From assembly GCA_002189035.1 (NCBI GenBank), contig NEEC01000031.1:124001-188000 (forward strand): a stretch of DNA of 64,000 bases. Direction: 5' to 3'. Below are positions 1-12,494 of this stretch, piece after piece. Below the pieces are notes generated by a model. It had not been told where the DNA came from. It worked only from the letters and a program-made list of their open reading frames with translations, and searched no databases. The position numbers and the translations under genes are program-made. Source of the DNA: Utricularia gibba (taxonomy: Eukaryota; Plantae; Magnoliophyta). Position 1 is the first letter of the stretch. Each line of letters begins with the position of its first letter.

Positions 1-453
1 AAAGAATGGCGAAGTGCAGTGTACCCAATAAATTGAAGCTTATCCCTTTGTGATACTGGGTGTGAAATGAAAGTTCAAAGGTGGTAAGGTGCGTTGTACA
101 GATAAAAACCCAGGCTGGTTTTTAATTCCTATGGTCGACAGATTTTCAGTGAATCACAGTGGACTCTTATAGGGTCCATAAAACTACTAGACATTGACAT
201 AGATAGTGTTGTAAATCAAATCCAAAAAATGAAAAACGATCAAAACCTCAACCACGTAATACATTATTCTAAAGAATTTATCGATCTCATGGTTAACAGC
301 CTCTTCGAAAATATGATCTCTGATTTCCATTTTAGAAATCATCAATTGAATATATATGAGAAATGTGTAATCTCTACATCTTCTCAAATAGAAGAATTTT
401 CGACAGATCCAATGATCCCCATTACCAACATGCAAATGATTGATTATACAAAT

Positions 454-639
454 CTAATGCATGCAGAGGGCAAACATGGAGAATAAGTAGGCTCCGATGA
501 ATGACAAGGAGGCTGGCAGGGCGGTCGTAGCGGCGCTCGCCGGAGCGGGGGCCGGTGCGGGTGCCGCCTCCTGAGCAGCCACAGCGCTCACGACCGCGGA
601 TGCGAAGACGGCGAAGATGACGATCTTCTTCGTGTCCAT
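454..639 (-). CDS. AGP23: Arabinogalactan peptide (GPI-anchored AG peptide, AGP23/AGP40-like), 61 aa, intronless
   Basis: ATG at 639 lies inside track ORF 454..936: MDTKKIVIFAVFASAVVSAVAA (signal peptide), QEAAPAPAPAPASAA (AP glycomodule), then a hydrophobic C-terminal GPI signal ending LFSMFALCMH. Resembles the remembered Arabidopsis AGP23 layout. Confidence 0.85.
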   Translation of the reverse strand: MDTKKIVIFAVFASAVVSAVAAQEAAPAPAPAPASAATTALPASLSFIGAYLFSMFALCMH

Positions 640-824
640 TGCGATCGCTGTGCAGGATCTAATGTTGCTGCGATTGGAGCTGTTTGTAGCCTCTTTTTTT
701 CCTATTTTTAGGAAATCATTTCGACAAATGTCAACGGTCCATTTTTGACACGTCCTATTTTGGGCAGCATTGAGCGTCCATTTCGGGACATGGTGCCACT
801 GCTTGTCCGAGGGGCGATGGTGAT

Positions 825-968
825 TGGGCCCCAAGAAGAGAGTCTTGGGCCATATGTATGTATACTCTTCTGGGTCAAGGCCCATAATCTCTGTAAAAAC
901 ACAGTTGCCAGCGCGTGTCCGGAGAGACCAGCCCAATTAAAGTTGTCCAGATGGTCTAGTTTTGGGCC
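825..968. promoter_or_regulatory. Cluster of five site II (TGGGCY, TCP-binding) motifs upstream of the AG peptide gene
   Basis: TGGGCC at 825, 846 and 963; GGCCCA at 879; AGCCCA at 930. Confidence 0.5.
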
Positions 969-2136
969 CCCAAATGGAAGCTACTAGAAGTTACTAGAGG
1001 TTAAACTTGGAAGTGATGGGTTTGAATTCTGGGGTGGGGTTGTGGAGATAATGTGAATTGTTAAATGGTATGGATGAGGGGTATGAGTAGGGGGGGCCAA
1101 ACAAGACATGAGGGTGAGCAGACAAGTAAACATCAAGTGCTACGAGCATCAGATGAGTGATGCATCTAAGTACACGAAAGCTGGTGAAGCCCACTTATTA
1201 GTAAATGCCCAAATGGATCCTTTTCCACGGTCTGCATTCATCACACTTACCAGCAATATTGGGCACTTGAACAGAGAGTGGCACACAGAAACAAGAAAAA
1301 AAAAAAAACTAAAACCAGCAGCAGCCAAGCAGATGATGACTCATTTCTTCCTCAGAACAGGTACAGTGTCCTCCAAGGCTTTGGTGTCTTTCCTCTCACG
1401 CCCTTCTCTTAGTTTGATTACAAAGGTTATTACAGTAACCAACAGTCCAGGAAAGACAACTATAACGATAGTTACAATAAAAAAAAAAAAAAAAACAGAA
1501 GAAAGAAAGAAAGAAAGTAGGGAAGGAAATCATAAGCCACCACTGTGGAATGAAACCATGTGCTTTTGGCAGAAGGGAAAAATCTGAAGGCCTTGTGCTC
1601 ATTGACAGCACGCAGCAGCATGGATCATGGCAACACAATCATGTGCGCACTCAGTGCAGGCATGAACAGGAACGAGAACAAGAAAAATTAAACATGTACT
1701 GCCACAAGGATGGGGCCCTGCTGGTAAGTTCAGTGAGCCATGAGGCTGAAACAACAACAACAACGCGACATATACAGCACTATGTTTGCCATGCGATCAT
1801 CTCCAGCGCTCTTATTAACTTTGGCGTTATGATTTAACTGGTGTGGACTGTGGAGGAAGTGGGGTTACCTTAGTCTGTGATCGGAAAGGTAGATAGATAG
1901 ATAGATCTCTTCGTCTTCGTTAGTATAAAACATGGGAATGGGGTCTGTGCGGGGGAGATCGAACATGTACAAGGTTCCCTCCAAAACTAGGCGAGGCCCG
2001 CCACGTGCTCAAAACAAAGAAGATGCTCGATGGGAATGATTGAGCTTCGGCGTTAGATAAAGATAGCAGATGGAGATGGCTTAGCAACTCAGAAACCCAT
2101 TGAACATTTCTTAAATTTCATGCAGATTTCGTGGTA

Positions 2137-3445
2137 ATGTCGAAGAGGGCAGCCTGGTTCTGCGTGGTGAAGAGGTTCTTCGGTTTGGAGGCGCGGCCAC
2201 GAGAAGAAAAGGTAGATGATGGATTGGGCTGATGTTCGTTTTGCATCGGTATCTTAATCAAGATCCGATTTTTGAAACAGGGGAGGAGAAAATGGGTTTT
2301 CAGGTTACTGAAGATGAAGAGACTTGCACCATTGTCGGAACCATCCTCTCCGCAGAAGATAGTTGTTAAGACGAGAAAGCCCCTGTGCAGCTACGAATCC
2401 CATGACTTGTTTGCCATTAGAATTCAAGCAGCTTTTCGTGGGTATCTCGTGAGTGTTACTGGGCATCCAGATCCTTATCATTGACCACATTAGCTTGCAT
2501 TGTATTACTTTGAGAACTTGCACTGCAGGCTCGGGAAGCACTGCGAGCACTGAAAGGAGTCGTAAAGCTTCAAGCTTTGATTCGCGGGTGGATCGTCCGG
2601 AAGCAAGCCATCAACACTCTGAAGTGTTTACAGTCCATTGTGAACTTACAGTTAGAAGTGTGTGCCAAGAGAGGGCAGAAAGTGATGGAAAGGCTTCACT
2701 CTGAGGAGTTCTATTCTCAATGCTTTCCAGAAAAGGACATAAATGTGAGTGATCCCAATCTTGTTTGACTTGAAGTTCAATATGGTCACAAATGTTATCA
2801 ACACTCTGCAGGTGGACTTGAACAGTCAGAAGAATCGGGATGTTGCAAAGACAGAGCTTAATGTTCAGAAGGATAGAATCATAAGGGACTACTTGAGCCA
2901 CCGGGTCAGTTTTCCTGATTTTCTCTTTGTTTTCTGCTGAACCAAATCAATCAGTAGTAAATGAAGGATGATTCTTCAACCAGAGATCAGCAGAAACAGA
3001 GCGTGATAAGCTCTACCCAAAGCAGAGGTACTGGTTAGAGCAGTGGGTAGACACTCAGCTTGCTAAAAGTGAAGCCAATTGCAGAACGGGAAGGCAACAA
3101 CTTCATCCATCAGAGCTACCAAATTCCAATGGTGCAAGAAGATCATCACATCACTATCACCACCAGAAACAGCACTCCACCGGCGATGACATTCAGGTGA
3201 TCAGTTCTCCTTCCTTGCCGGCATACATGGCAGCCACCGAGTCCGCGAAAGCGAAAAAAAGATCAAATAGCACGCCGAGAAATCGAAATTTCAGTTTCGA
3301 TGTAGGCTTCGAGAATAATTCTCCATATATGCATGGGAAAACCTCACCAGCTTCATCGTTGCACAGCGAGGTGTCACCGAGCTCGTTTATGAGATCGCCA
3401 GGGTTGAAAGCGTTGAAGGCAACTATGAGTTTTAAGGGTGTGTAA
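2137..3445 (+). CDS. IQD: IQ67-domain calmodulin-binding protein (IQD11/IQD12-like), 5 exons
   Basis: Spliced reading: [15 protein letters not shown]...[12 protein letters not shown]|[38 protein letters not shown] (IQ67 with the typical phase-0 intron), [10 protein letters not shown], and [13 protein letters not shown] (DUF4005). All four introns are GT-AG. Confidence 0.92.
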
Positions 3446-4352
3446 TGTAAGGATGAGTTCTTCCACTTTTCTTACACGAGTTTCTTGGGCTTGTTCATGG
3501 TTCCGTAGAGCTCTGTTTCATGAAGAATACGTGAGTTTCGATAACTAAAAAAAAAAAAAGTGCACTACCTCGGAGCCTGAATCCGGGAATATAGTGAGTG
3601 AACTGAACATTGAGTACCAGAAGCTCAAGGATGAACATGCAGAAACAAACTAGTGCTCGTAGATGCCCCAATGGGGTCTCCTCAGGTTTCCTGTTCCTCA
3701 GTATTCTCAAAATATCCATTGAATCGCATGACGGTTACTGCAGGAAATTGTTTGTTTCCCATCTTCAAGCATTGTTCATCGAACCTGAAAATATCTGGAT
3801 CAGTCTCTAGATACATCAAGGGATGTACAGAAAGAGCACTTGGAGATATCACCAGAAGCCATGAGTCTTCCTCTAACGATGCAAGTGAACAATTCAAACA
3901 TGCAGGAAATTTACAAAACTGAAGAAAGAACAACAGTTGAAAGCCATCATCATACTGAAATCATATACGCATGCAAATTTGCATAGTTTCTTTCTTCTTC
4001 TCTGTTTACCTGGAGATGGAGCCAATGCAGCACAACTGTTCTTGTAATTCCCTACTGATGTATATATCTCCAAATGTTATTATGCTCACTTTTGTTTTCA
4101 AAAAATATACACTTTCCTGCTCCAAATCCTTTTTTTATGAAAAATATATCAACTTGATGAGTTATCTAAGCCTTGTAGTTGTTGTTTGAAGCACCTAAGG
4201 TTTTCAGGGGTGTTACAAGATTCCATAACAAACATCATCTTCTACAATAGCCTCAGTGTCGCCTGCTCACATGCCAGCGCCCTCTCTGCTGCTAATCAAC
4301 GAGCAACAAGAGGAGAAATGATGGTTCCCAGGAAAGCAGCGAGCCTGAAGAC

Positions 4353-7322
4353 TTACGAGGCATCATGCTTGAGTTCATGGTCCAGGGACGGAGGAGATAA
4401 TGGAGGGACTGCACGTTTTTCGAACGCGGATGATGCTTCCATGGCTTTTCTTGCTTTCGCTTGGGACTCAGCAACATGAGATGAATTGCTGATGTTGGAT
4501 GAAGGCAAATGTTTCTCCTTCGGCTCTGAAGATCCCACAGATGATGCGATGACAGATGCAAATAACCCGGAATCCCTCAACTCCTGAATGATGGTCTGGA
4601 TAAACAGCAACAAAGTTCAACATGGCTGGCAGTATATTTGAACTATTGGGTTTTGAAGCTCACCATAGGAGCATAAATTCGTGTCAGGATTCCTTTCCTC
4701 AATAGCTTCATGTTAAGAGTTTTATCCGTCCAGACGACACGCTCACGGTACCTGATGCACTAAAATCCAGTTAAAAAAATACAGAAAAAATTATGAGGCA
4801 TCATGAATGTTACCAGGCTAGCATTTCCTCCTCTGTTGCAGTGGAAGCAATAACAAACGCCTGTGAAAAGAATCAAATAAGCTTTCTTAACTGCAATATC
4901 TGAATGACAACTGAAGTGAAAGGCCATCCAACTGAATGACATTGAAAATCTGTGAAGGCTATGTATCATACAGCAAAGGAATACAAATTTTTTGAAGAAG
5001 CTACAAGCCAAGAAGAATAATTGCATAAACTAAGCTCTATGTACAGATAAAACAAACCACAGATCTATCATAAACGATTGGTGACTACAAATTCAACATA
5101 CATACAAAAGATGGAAGTGGATCACTCACTGATCTATCGAATTCCAGCATAAAGCACCGTTTCACATCTTCCTTTGTAGGCTTGCAGCCACAGCGATCCC
5201 GCCTAGAAGTCAAGTCAGAAAATTTGGCATATGTATAATGTAAAACAGCAGCCTCCTCCAACTTGACTTCACTGCCATAAACAAAACCTAATTATTCTTG
5301 AGGTCCGAAACCAAAAGAAAGGATGGATCATGAGAATATTTGGAAGTTCAGAGTTCGATGGTGAGAAAAAAAAGAATATACTTTGGGGTTTTCATGTAGT
5401 TATGCCATCGGTGTGCACCATTGGGGCGAAGGTGATCTTGTACCCTAGCAGCTGCTTTACCATTCCCATATGTCAAAAAGTAATTTGGGTTTCCACGAGT
5501 AGATTCCTTGTACATTCCGAAGTAAGTGTCCTTTGGTAAATGATCGTAATTTTTCTTGAACATGGAAACCTAGAAATCAAGAAAAAAAGAACCAAACTCT
5601 AATCAATCTTTAACTCATAAAGAAGCCATTACCATAAAAATTTACCTTCAACAACGATTCAAATGTTTCTTAAAAATGCCAGTTTAGTCGTATTTTTCAT
5701 ATCAGTCGCATTACTTGTTCACGTTTGGGAAAAAGGGCAAAGCTTACCTCCAAGAAAGGATCCTTGATATCATCTCGCTCAACACTACTCTCCTGAAAAA
5801 AGAAAATGTAATGGTAAAATTTGAAAAAAAGCTACAGAGCCCTTACTGATGACCAACTATCAGAGTTCACATTCCATATGAGGAGTGGGAAGAAACAAAT
5901 CCAGATGTTGGCTTACATAGTTCGGAAAAACAACCATATCCACATTTCCAGGAACATCAAGCAGCAATCTTCTCAAGGAATATTCTCGAGCACCAGCAGG
6001 ATGAATCAATTCATCTGTATCAAGATGCAGTATCCAATCCATTTTGGCATTCTGGGGAGTATAAAGTTTTACAATTTCAGTTTGAAACGTATTATAATTT
6101 TTCAAGGGGTTATAATGAGTCGTACCCTTGCCATAACTATCGCCATCTCCATATTCAGCGATTGTTTCACAAAAAGCTCATAGTTACAAGGCTTGTAAAA
6201 GAAATTTGCCAACCAGGTTTCTTTCCAAATCCGGCTGGCGCATCAATAATAAAAGGTGTGATGGATTAAGATAAAAATTGATAGCAAAACATGATTGCGA
6301 CTGAAAAGCAAGTCGAATAAACAAGGCCATTGGCCTTCACCTTTTAGCCTGCTGCTCCTCAAGCTGCGGGGTTCTGAATATCACCTTCACTCCCTGAAAC
6401 GGTACAACACGGTCAACATTTTTCGAACTGAAACGCAACAAAGTTGACAAACTAAAAGCAGAGTAGCACAGAATGAAGGAGCGGCTGCTATCACCATTCC
6501 CAAACTACCTCAACATGACATAACTACACGCATATTCATACAATTCATGGGTATCTTCAGCTCTACCTTCATCTCAATACAGGGATAGAAGCAGTAAAGG
6601 ATTGCAAAAATGAAATGCCTCTCCATAGTCAAGCAAGACACCACCAATTTAGCGGATGACTCACTGGGATCGATTCAAGAACTTTGGTGACAGCAGGGGT
6701 CGCCGCTTTCCCTTCTACGAATAAGAAGAAATTCGATACTCCGATAACCTTATGGTAAAACATCCATGGAAGAATCTGATCCAGGCTAGCAGATGTACTT
6801 GTTGTTATACATATCTGCAAGGGGGAAAATGAAACATGGTGGCTCATTTTGGTCTGAATGATCAACACCGGCGGTAAACAACAGATGGCCCAATCTTGGA
6901 ATTTCCAGTGAACACTTGATAAAACAACAATCCAGAAACTTCGTAATAAAGGGAAAGACTTTCGAATGAAAACAAAACCTTTGGCTTAAGGTCGGCGTTA
7001 AACTTTTGCTTCCATTCCCCCAAATGAGGGAGCGAACCAGCAGCTGCAGTTGAGTGTTCCAGAAGCGTGGAGCAATCGAAAGCCTGCAACGAGGGGTGGT
7101 CAGCAGTCGCGACAGGGGAGGGATCCATGCCGGGGAAGCTTCGAGATTCGTCAGGAGACCATCGGGAAACGGGATCGGCGACATCTCCCCCCGCCATTGG
7201 AGGAAGAAAGCGAATAGGGCGAGAGAGAGCGGAAGGGCAGCTAACAGCAGGATGAGCTTCCCCGTGAAAGACTGGCTGTTGGCCGCGGAGGAGGGCCGGA
7301 CACCGGTGAGCAACCCCGCCAT
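4353..7322 (-). CDS. KOB1: Glycosyltransferase-like KOBITO1/ELD1/ABI8, 11 exons; one frameshift in exon 1 as assembled
   Basis: Exons give [72 protein letters not shown] and [24 protein letters not shown], ending [18 protein letters not shown]. All 10 introns are GT-AG. The frame breaks at the G6 run, 7187-7192. Confidence 0.93.
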
Positions 7323-7983
7323 CGAAACGACGGGCCCGGCCAGTAGACGGCAGATCGGAGCCTTAATAAATAATTAATTCATTGAGTTCCAACTCCAACC
7401 ATTTAACCGTTTTTCGACATTTGCAGCAAATAGGTAGATTTGTTTTTATTTTTTATTTTTATAGACATGACTTTCCATTTTCCAATGAAAAAAAAGTATT
7501 TTATTATATTTACGTAGTTGAACTTTTTTAGAACAAATCTTTGACCTCTCGTAAACGCTGAGTCCAACTTTCCACACCTCTACTCGTGAAAAATTTCAAT
7601 GCTACTAATCATTGTTTAAAAAATCGTAATTGAATCACATTTAAAACTATTTAAAATTATTTAAAATAATAATTTGATTAAACTCAAATTATTTTAAAGT
7701 GTAAAAAAGTATGATTTAATCGTAGTTTTGATGATGATTTAATTATAGTTCAATCAAGATTTGATGTTTTTTTTCATACTAAACAATCGTATTGTTCAAA
7801 TTATATTTTTTTGTACGATTTAAAACATTGGCATAAAATCATAATTTTAATAATATGTATGTATAACAATTTTATGAGTCATTTATAAAAATAACCATTG
7901 TAGATTTATGTCTCAGGTACTAAAATCAATTTTTTATACATATAATGATTATTTTTTTCATATACTAAAATTATGATGGTTAC

Positions 7984-8134
7984 TTTTATAATACATCCTA
8001 ATTTTATTTAGTGACATTATTTGACAGCACTAAACCACAGACATTAGTATACGATTATTTTTAATTAAAATGATTAATTTTATAATACATCTCAATTTAT
8101 TTTAGTGACGTTATTTGACAGCAGTGAACCACGG
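7984..8134. repeat. Degenerate direct repeat (two ~57-bp copies, period ~94 bp) in an AT-rich intergenic block
   Basis: 7984-8040 ttttataatacatcctaattttatttagtgacattatttgacagcactaaaccacag versus 8078-8134 ttttataatacatctcaatttattttagtgacgttatttgacagcagtgaaccacgg. Confidence 0.8.
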
Positions 8135-8466
8135 AGTTGGGCCTACCTATAATAAAAACCATCATTAAAAAAATAGTAAAAATAGGTGAGTATTTTTTTT
8201 TTTTCTTTGTATACGTGGGTGTGTGTTAAGGTGGGCGGAGTCGGCATCAACGGAAAAAACATTGCTTAAAGGCAGGGAGTTATGAGTGATGTCAATTATG
8301 GATGGTGATGGCCTGGAGAGGGAGGGGCCTCGCCTATGCATCGCACCGCAGTGCACCCTAGATAGGTAGCACCAATGGGGGTCCGGGTCGGGTCCGGGTT
8401 TCGAATCTCTACCCGGGAGATGGGTGGTGCAATGGCCTTCCCCAGCCTGCTTTCCCTGTGCTGTTG

Positions 8467-8487
8467 CTGCTGCTGCTGCTGCTGCTG
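8467..8487 (+). repeat. (CTG)7 microsatellite
   Basis: Read directly; it produces the poly-Q, poly-A and poly-C ORFs in the track. Confidence 0.9.
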
Positions 8488-8766
8488 CACTTGGGGACAG
8501 CCATGTCATCATTTACATTAGGCATGGCAGTGTGCGTGAGCGATGGGGGCCGCATGGTAGCCGGGTAGGCCACCGCGCACGCGATAATTATCCCGCACAC
8601 CATCGCCTGCCTGCGTGTATTTAAACCTACTCCGCCTCGCCTCGGGTGCCAACAAACTCCAGAGGGGGCCAGGCCCAGGGGCAACCAGGAGAGCATAAAG
8701 TGTGCTCCGTTTCTTGTCGAGGCTGATTGGATGCCTGGGTGATTTGGAGCTACGTTGTTTGTCGAC

Positions 8767-11700
8767 ATGAGGCGCGCGCGCGCGGGTTCCGGTGACGTTG
8801 CTTCCTGCAGCGCCGGCGGGGCACTTGTGGTGGTAGGAATGAACATGGATAAACCCGGCAGGGAGTTGTTGACTTGGGCCTTGGTAAATGTGGTTCAGGC
8901 TGGGGATCGTGTCATCGCTCTTCACGTCGTCGACCCTGAAACCGGTGTGGATTTTGGGTTCTGTGTTTTTCCGTTTTTTTCCCGTCGTCTAAAAAACTTT
9001 GACCGCCAGGGGGTGTGGCGACTCTTGCGTTTGGTTTCCGTTATTGTTATTTCTCGGCTGTTTGGTGAATCCGCCGCTTTAGTTTTGAGGGTAGACTTTC
9101 CGTCGTTGCTTGTTGCCCTGCTTGAAATTTGACGACTTTTCGTTCTCTGTTGTGTGGAGACGTAGTTTCTAATCTAGCACATCCGAATTATAAGCTCGGG
9201 TGTTTCTGTTGTTTTAAGTAACTTAAATTTCTAACTTTTTCTCATTTGATTTCTGCTTCTGCGAATTAGATAAGTTGACTATGCTTGGATTGATGAAGAA
9301 TTTTGCTTCAATTCTCGATGCCTATGTGGATTTCTGCAAACTGAAACAGGTGTCTGTAATTTCGAACAGGGTGATATCCTTTTGTGTGGTCATGGAATAT
9401 CTGTTTCTTGAACTCTCCATTGTTTTGCAGGTTGACTTAAAGTTCAAGATCCGTAAAGGGCCTTCAGCTCGTAAGATACTAGTTCAGGAGGCAAAATCTT
9501 GTGGTGCAAAGTCTTTAGTTATTGGTGCGTCTGTGATCAATCACAAGATTAAGGCTAGGATTTCGGTTGCGGAGTACTGTGCCAAGAATCTTCCCAAAAG
9601 TGTATCAATTATATGTGTTGATAATGGTAAGGCTGTATTCCAGAGGAGTGCGAGTGCTTCCTATGGCTCAATCTCTGGGAGTGATGCTGATATACCTGGA
9701 AAGAAAATCGGAGTTACCTTACCCAAGAATTCTATATCTCGTGTACACAGTAGACTATTATGCTCAGCAACCGGTGAGCATGCAAGTACACTTGTTCCCT
9801 TCAGGGAACAAAAATTACTTCAATCTAAACAGAGATGGGGATTACTGCATTCGTTATTATTTGTGGCACAAAGAGCTTTTGGGATCTCATCTGCAAAAAA
9901 GGCTTTGATGGCGCAATTGGCACTGAGACTACCAATTCAACCGCATGCTTCTGCTAGTAATGCTACTCAAAATAGAATCACAGCATCTGATGGAAATGTA
10001 TGCCATCTAGATTATGGCATCTGCTATTTGAAGTCAGAAACGGATGTTAGTATATGCAAGAATTTCCTGGAAGAACTAAACTCTATTCGAGATAAGTTTT
10101 CAAGGTCATGTAAATGGTTTTCCTATCAGGAACTGCAGATAGCAACCAACAACTTTCTGCCAGGTATGCTCTCCTCCTAGAGTGTCTTCGTCTTATTGAC
10201 ACTCATTTCCCCAGCGATCCAATTGTATATTATTGTCATGTAGATAACGTAATTGGAAAAGGAGGGAGCAGTTTAGTATACAGAGGCCGTGCACCAGGAG
10301 GCAAAGCCTTGGCAGTGAAGATTCTGAAGCCGTCAAAAGATGTTCTGGAACAGTTTGTTTCAGAAGTTGAAATCCTGGCATCCATGCGGCACAGAAACAT
10401 AATTTCTTTAGTTGGTCTTTGTATTGAAGAGGAAAAACTACTTTTAGTTTACAATTTGTTATCTAGAGGAAGCATGGAAGAAAATCTCCACGGTATGCAT
10501 ATGATTCAGGATTTACCCTCTTTATGATATGGATCACAGTCAGTCAATCACTTTAGTATGGTTTTGATCCTACTCTATGGATTAGGTACCCCTACAAGGG
10601 TGTTCGGTTGGAAGGAGAGATATAAGGTGGCTGTAGGAGTTGCGAAGGCACTGGACCACTTGCATAACAGTGCAGAACCAATCATTCATCGAGATGTTAA
10701 ATCTTCAAACATTCTACTTTCAGATAATTTTGAACCGCAGGTCCAGTTTTTACCATTAAATCCTCCTCTGCCTTTTGTGTTACGTCGTCCTTACATTTGT
10801 TTCAGCATAACAGCTCTCAGATTTTGGCTTCGCAACTCGGGCTTCTAGCAGCACACATCGTTTAGATGTCATGGAAGTTGCTGGCACATTCGGGTTGGTT
10901 TATTTTTCTTACATTTCCTTGTCTGTCATTGCCAAATTCTGCCACTGAAAATTCTTTTTTTCAGCTACTTGGCTCCAGAATATTTTTTTCATGGGAAGGT
11001 GAGCGAAAAAATCGATGTCTATGCATTTGGAGTGGTACTTCTGGAGCTTTTATCTGGTCGAAAGCCAGTTGACAGTGAGTCGCCTAAAGGCCAGGAGAGT
11101 TTGGTGATGTGGGTAAGAATGCCAAGTGACTCATTTTCTCTTCATGCCATTTCCAGCAAATCCTGTGTCAAAAGAGGTCGTTTTTTGTTGATATTGTGCT
11201 GGAACACATCCAAAGACGGCCACTCACATAAGCATTTGATTTTTCTTCTGTGAATCTGCTTTCCGACAATTGTTTTTGGCGTCATGTTTCAGGCAAAACA
11301 CATCCTACGCGAGGGTAAAATTTCAGAACTGCAGGATCCCAAGTTGGCAGACTCTTGCAACTCCCATCAGTTTGAGCTAATGGCCTTAGCTGCGTCTTTG
11401 TGCATCAGATCTTCCCATCAAGCTCGCCCTGGAATCAACAAAGTATGGAATTATTTCTTCATGTTCTTTATTTATCTGATTCCCTGTGCACTCATGCAAC
11501 CTGCGAAAATCTTCCAGCAGCACTCCAACGGTACTTACATGACCACATTTCATCCCACCATAAACAGGTTCTCAAACTCCTTAAATTTGAGCAAGAAACC
11601 GTCCAATGGGCGAAGCAGGAAACAAGACAATCTTGTGAAGACTCCGATGATGTTGTTGATCATCAGTCAGCCGCCAACATCCAGTCCTTCCTTGATCTTG

Positions 11701-11804
11701 CCTTGCTCAATCTTGAAGAGGACTCCGAGTCTAGTTGCAGTGCCGAGCAAAACATCTCAGTGGAAGCTTATCTTGGAGGTAGGCAGAGCTTCTCCTCTAC
11801 ATAG
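8767..11804 (+). CDS. Receptor-like cytoplasmic kinase with N-terminal USP (adenine nucleotide alpha hydrolase-like) domain, 9 exons
   Basis: USP part: [34 protein letters not shown] and FCKLKQ|[10 protein letters not shown]. Kinase motifs: [51 protein letters not shown]. Ends [13 protein letters not shown]. Introns are GT-AG and the frame is intact. Confidence 0.92.
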
Positions 11805-12494
11805 CATTGGCACCCAAGCAAAAGTCCATGTGTTCCACGTTCTTGAGATGAAGGGAGCTGATGTCTGTACATGATTCACAGGCTTGTTCCACTCTGTAGT
11901 TCCAGGTTAGAGTCAGATGTAAATGATACGTTTACAGTTGCTTTAGGGGATTGCTTTTGGACTAGTGATAATCTTGTAATGAAACAACGAAAAAATAAGT
12001 TTGAGACAGAACCAGTATAATATTTTGAGAATGGAATTGCAAAATATTTTTATAGGAGTGAAATGGTATACATTTAAATTAGTTTAAAAAAAAAAAGAAG
12101 ATATGTGAAAATTTAAATGGAGAGCGTCGTCTGAGAAGCCAACGGACGGTTGTAAGCGCCACGCGGTGGTTGTCCAAAGATGATGGAATTCGAAGCTTTT
12201 TTGGACCGTCGGTTTTGATATGAATCGATTGTTTATGCCACAGATATTCCCATCTCTTTACTTGACAAATGGACGTCCGTATTCCGATTCTTGTGTGCTT
12301 TTGAGAAGAATCTACTTTTCCCGCCTTTAAATTTGTGTTGTCCTCATCTTTTCTATTGAAGATCTGATGAACGCAATCTCGTAATGCCGTTTTCTCGGGA
12401 AAGGTGGGATTTTAGAAAAGGCATGGAGCGTTTTAGGATGAAGGTGTGATCTTTTTTTTAGCCTGTTGAGGGAGTGCATGTCAGAAACAACAAT

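Noticed and set aside
1-450. Short ORFs at the left edge (187..435, 229..486) and a possible C-terminus KNGEVQCTQ-stop at 2-31
   Set aside because: No recognisable homology; too little sequence to call a gene.
3971-3984. 14-bp palindrome ATGCAAATTTGCAT
   Set aside because: Several palindromes of this length are expected by chance in 64 kb.
8375-8410. CLE-like dodecapeptide RDSKPGPDPDPH in minus-strand ORF 8165..8512
   Set aside because: No signal peptide, not C-terminal, and it lacks Pro4 and His11. GPDPDP arises from a low-complexity cccggacccgacccggaccc DNA repeat.
8395-8412. tRNA T-loop-like GGTTTCGAATC
   Set aside because: No cloverleaf, A-box or acceptor stem.
8409-8603. 64-aa minus-strand ORF (MVCGIIIACAVAYPA...GRPLHHPSPG) resembling a secreted peptide precursor
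   Set aside because: It matches no peptide family I know, it spans a CTG microsatellite, and all frames here are open because of high GC.
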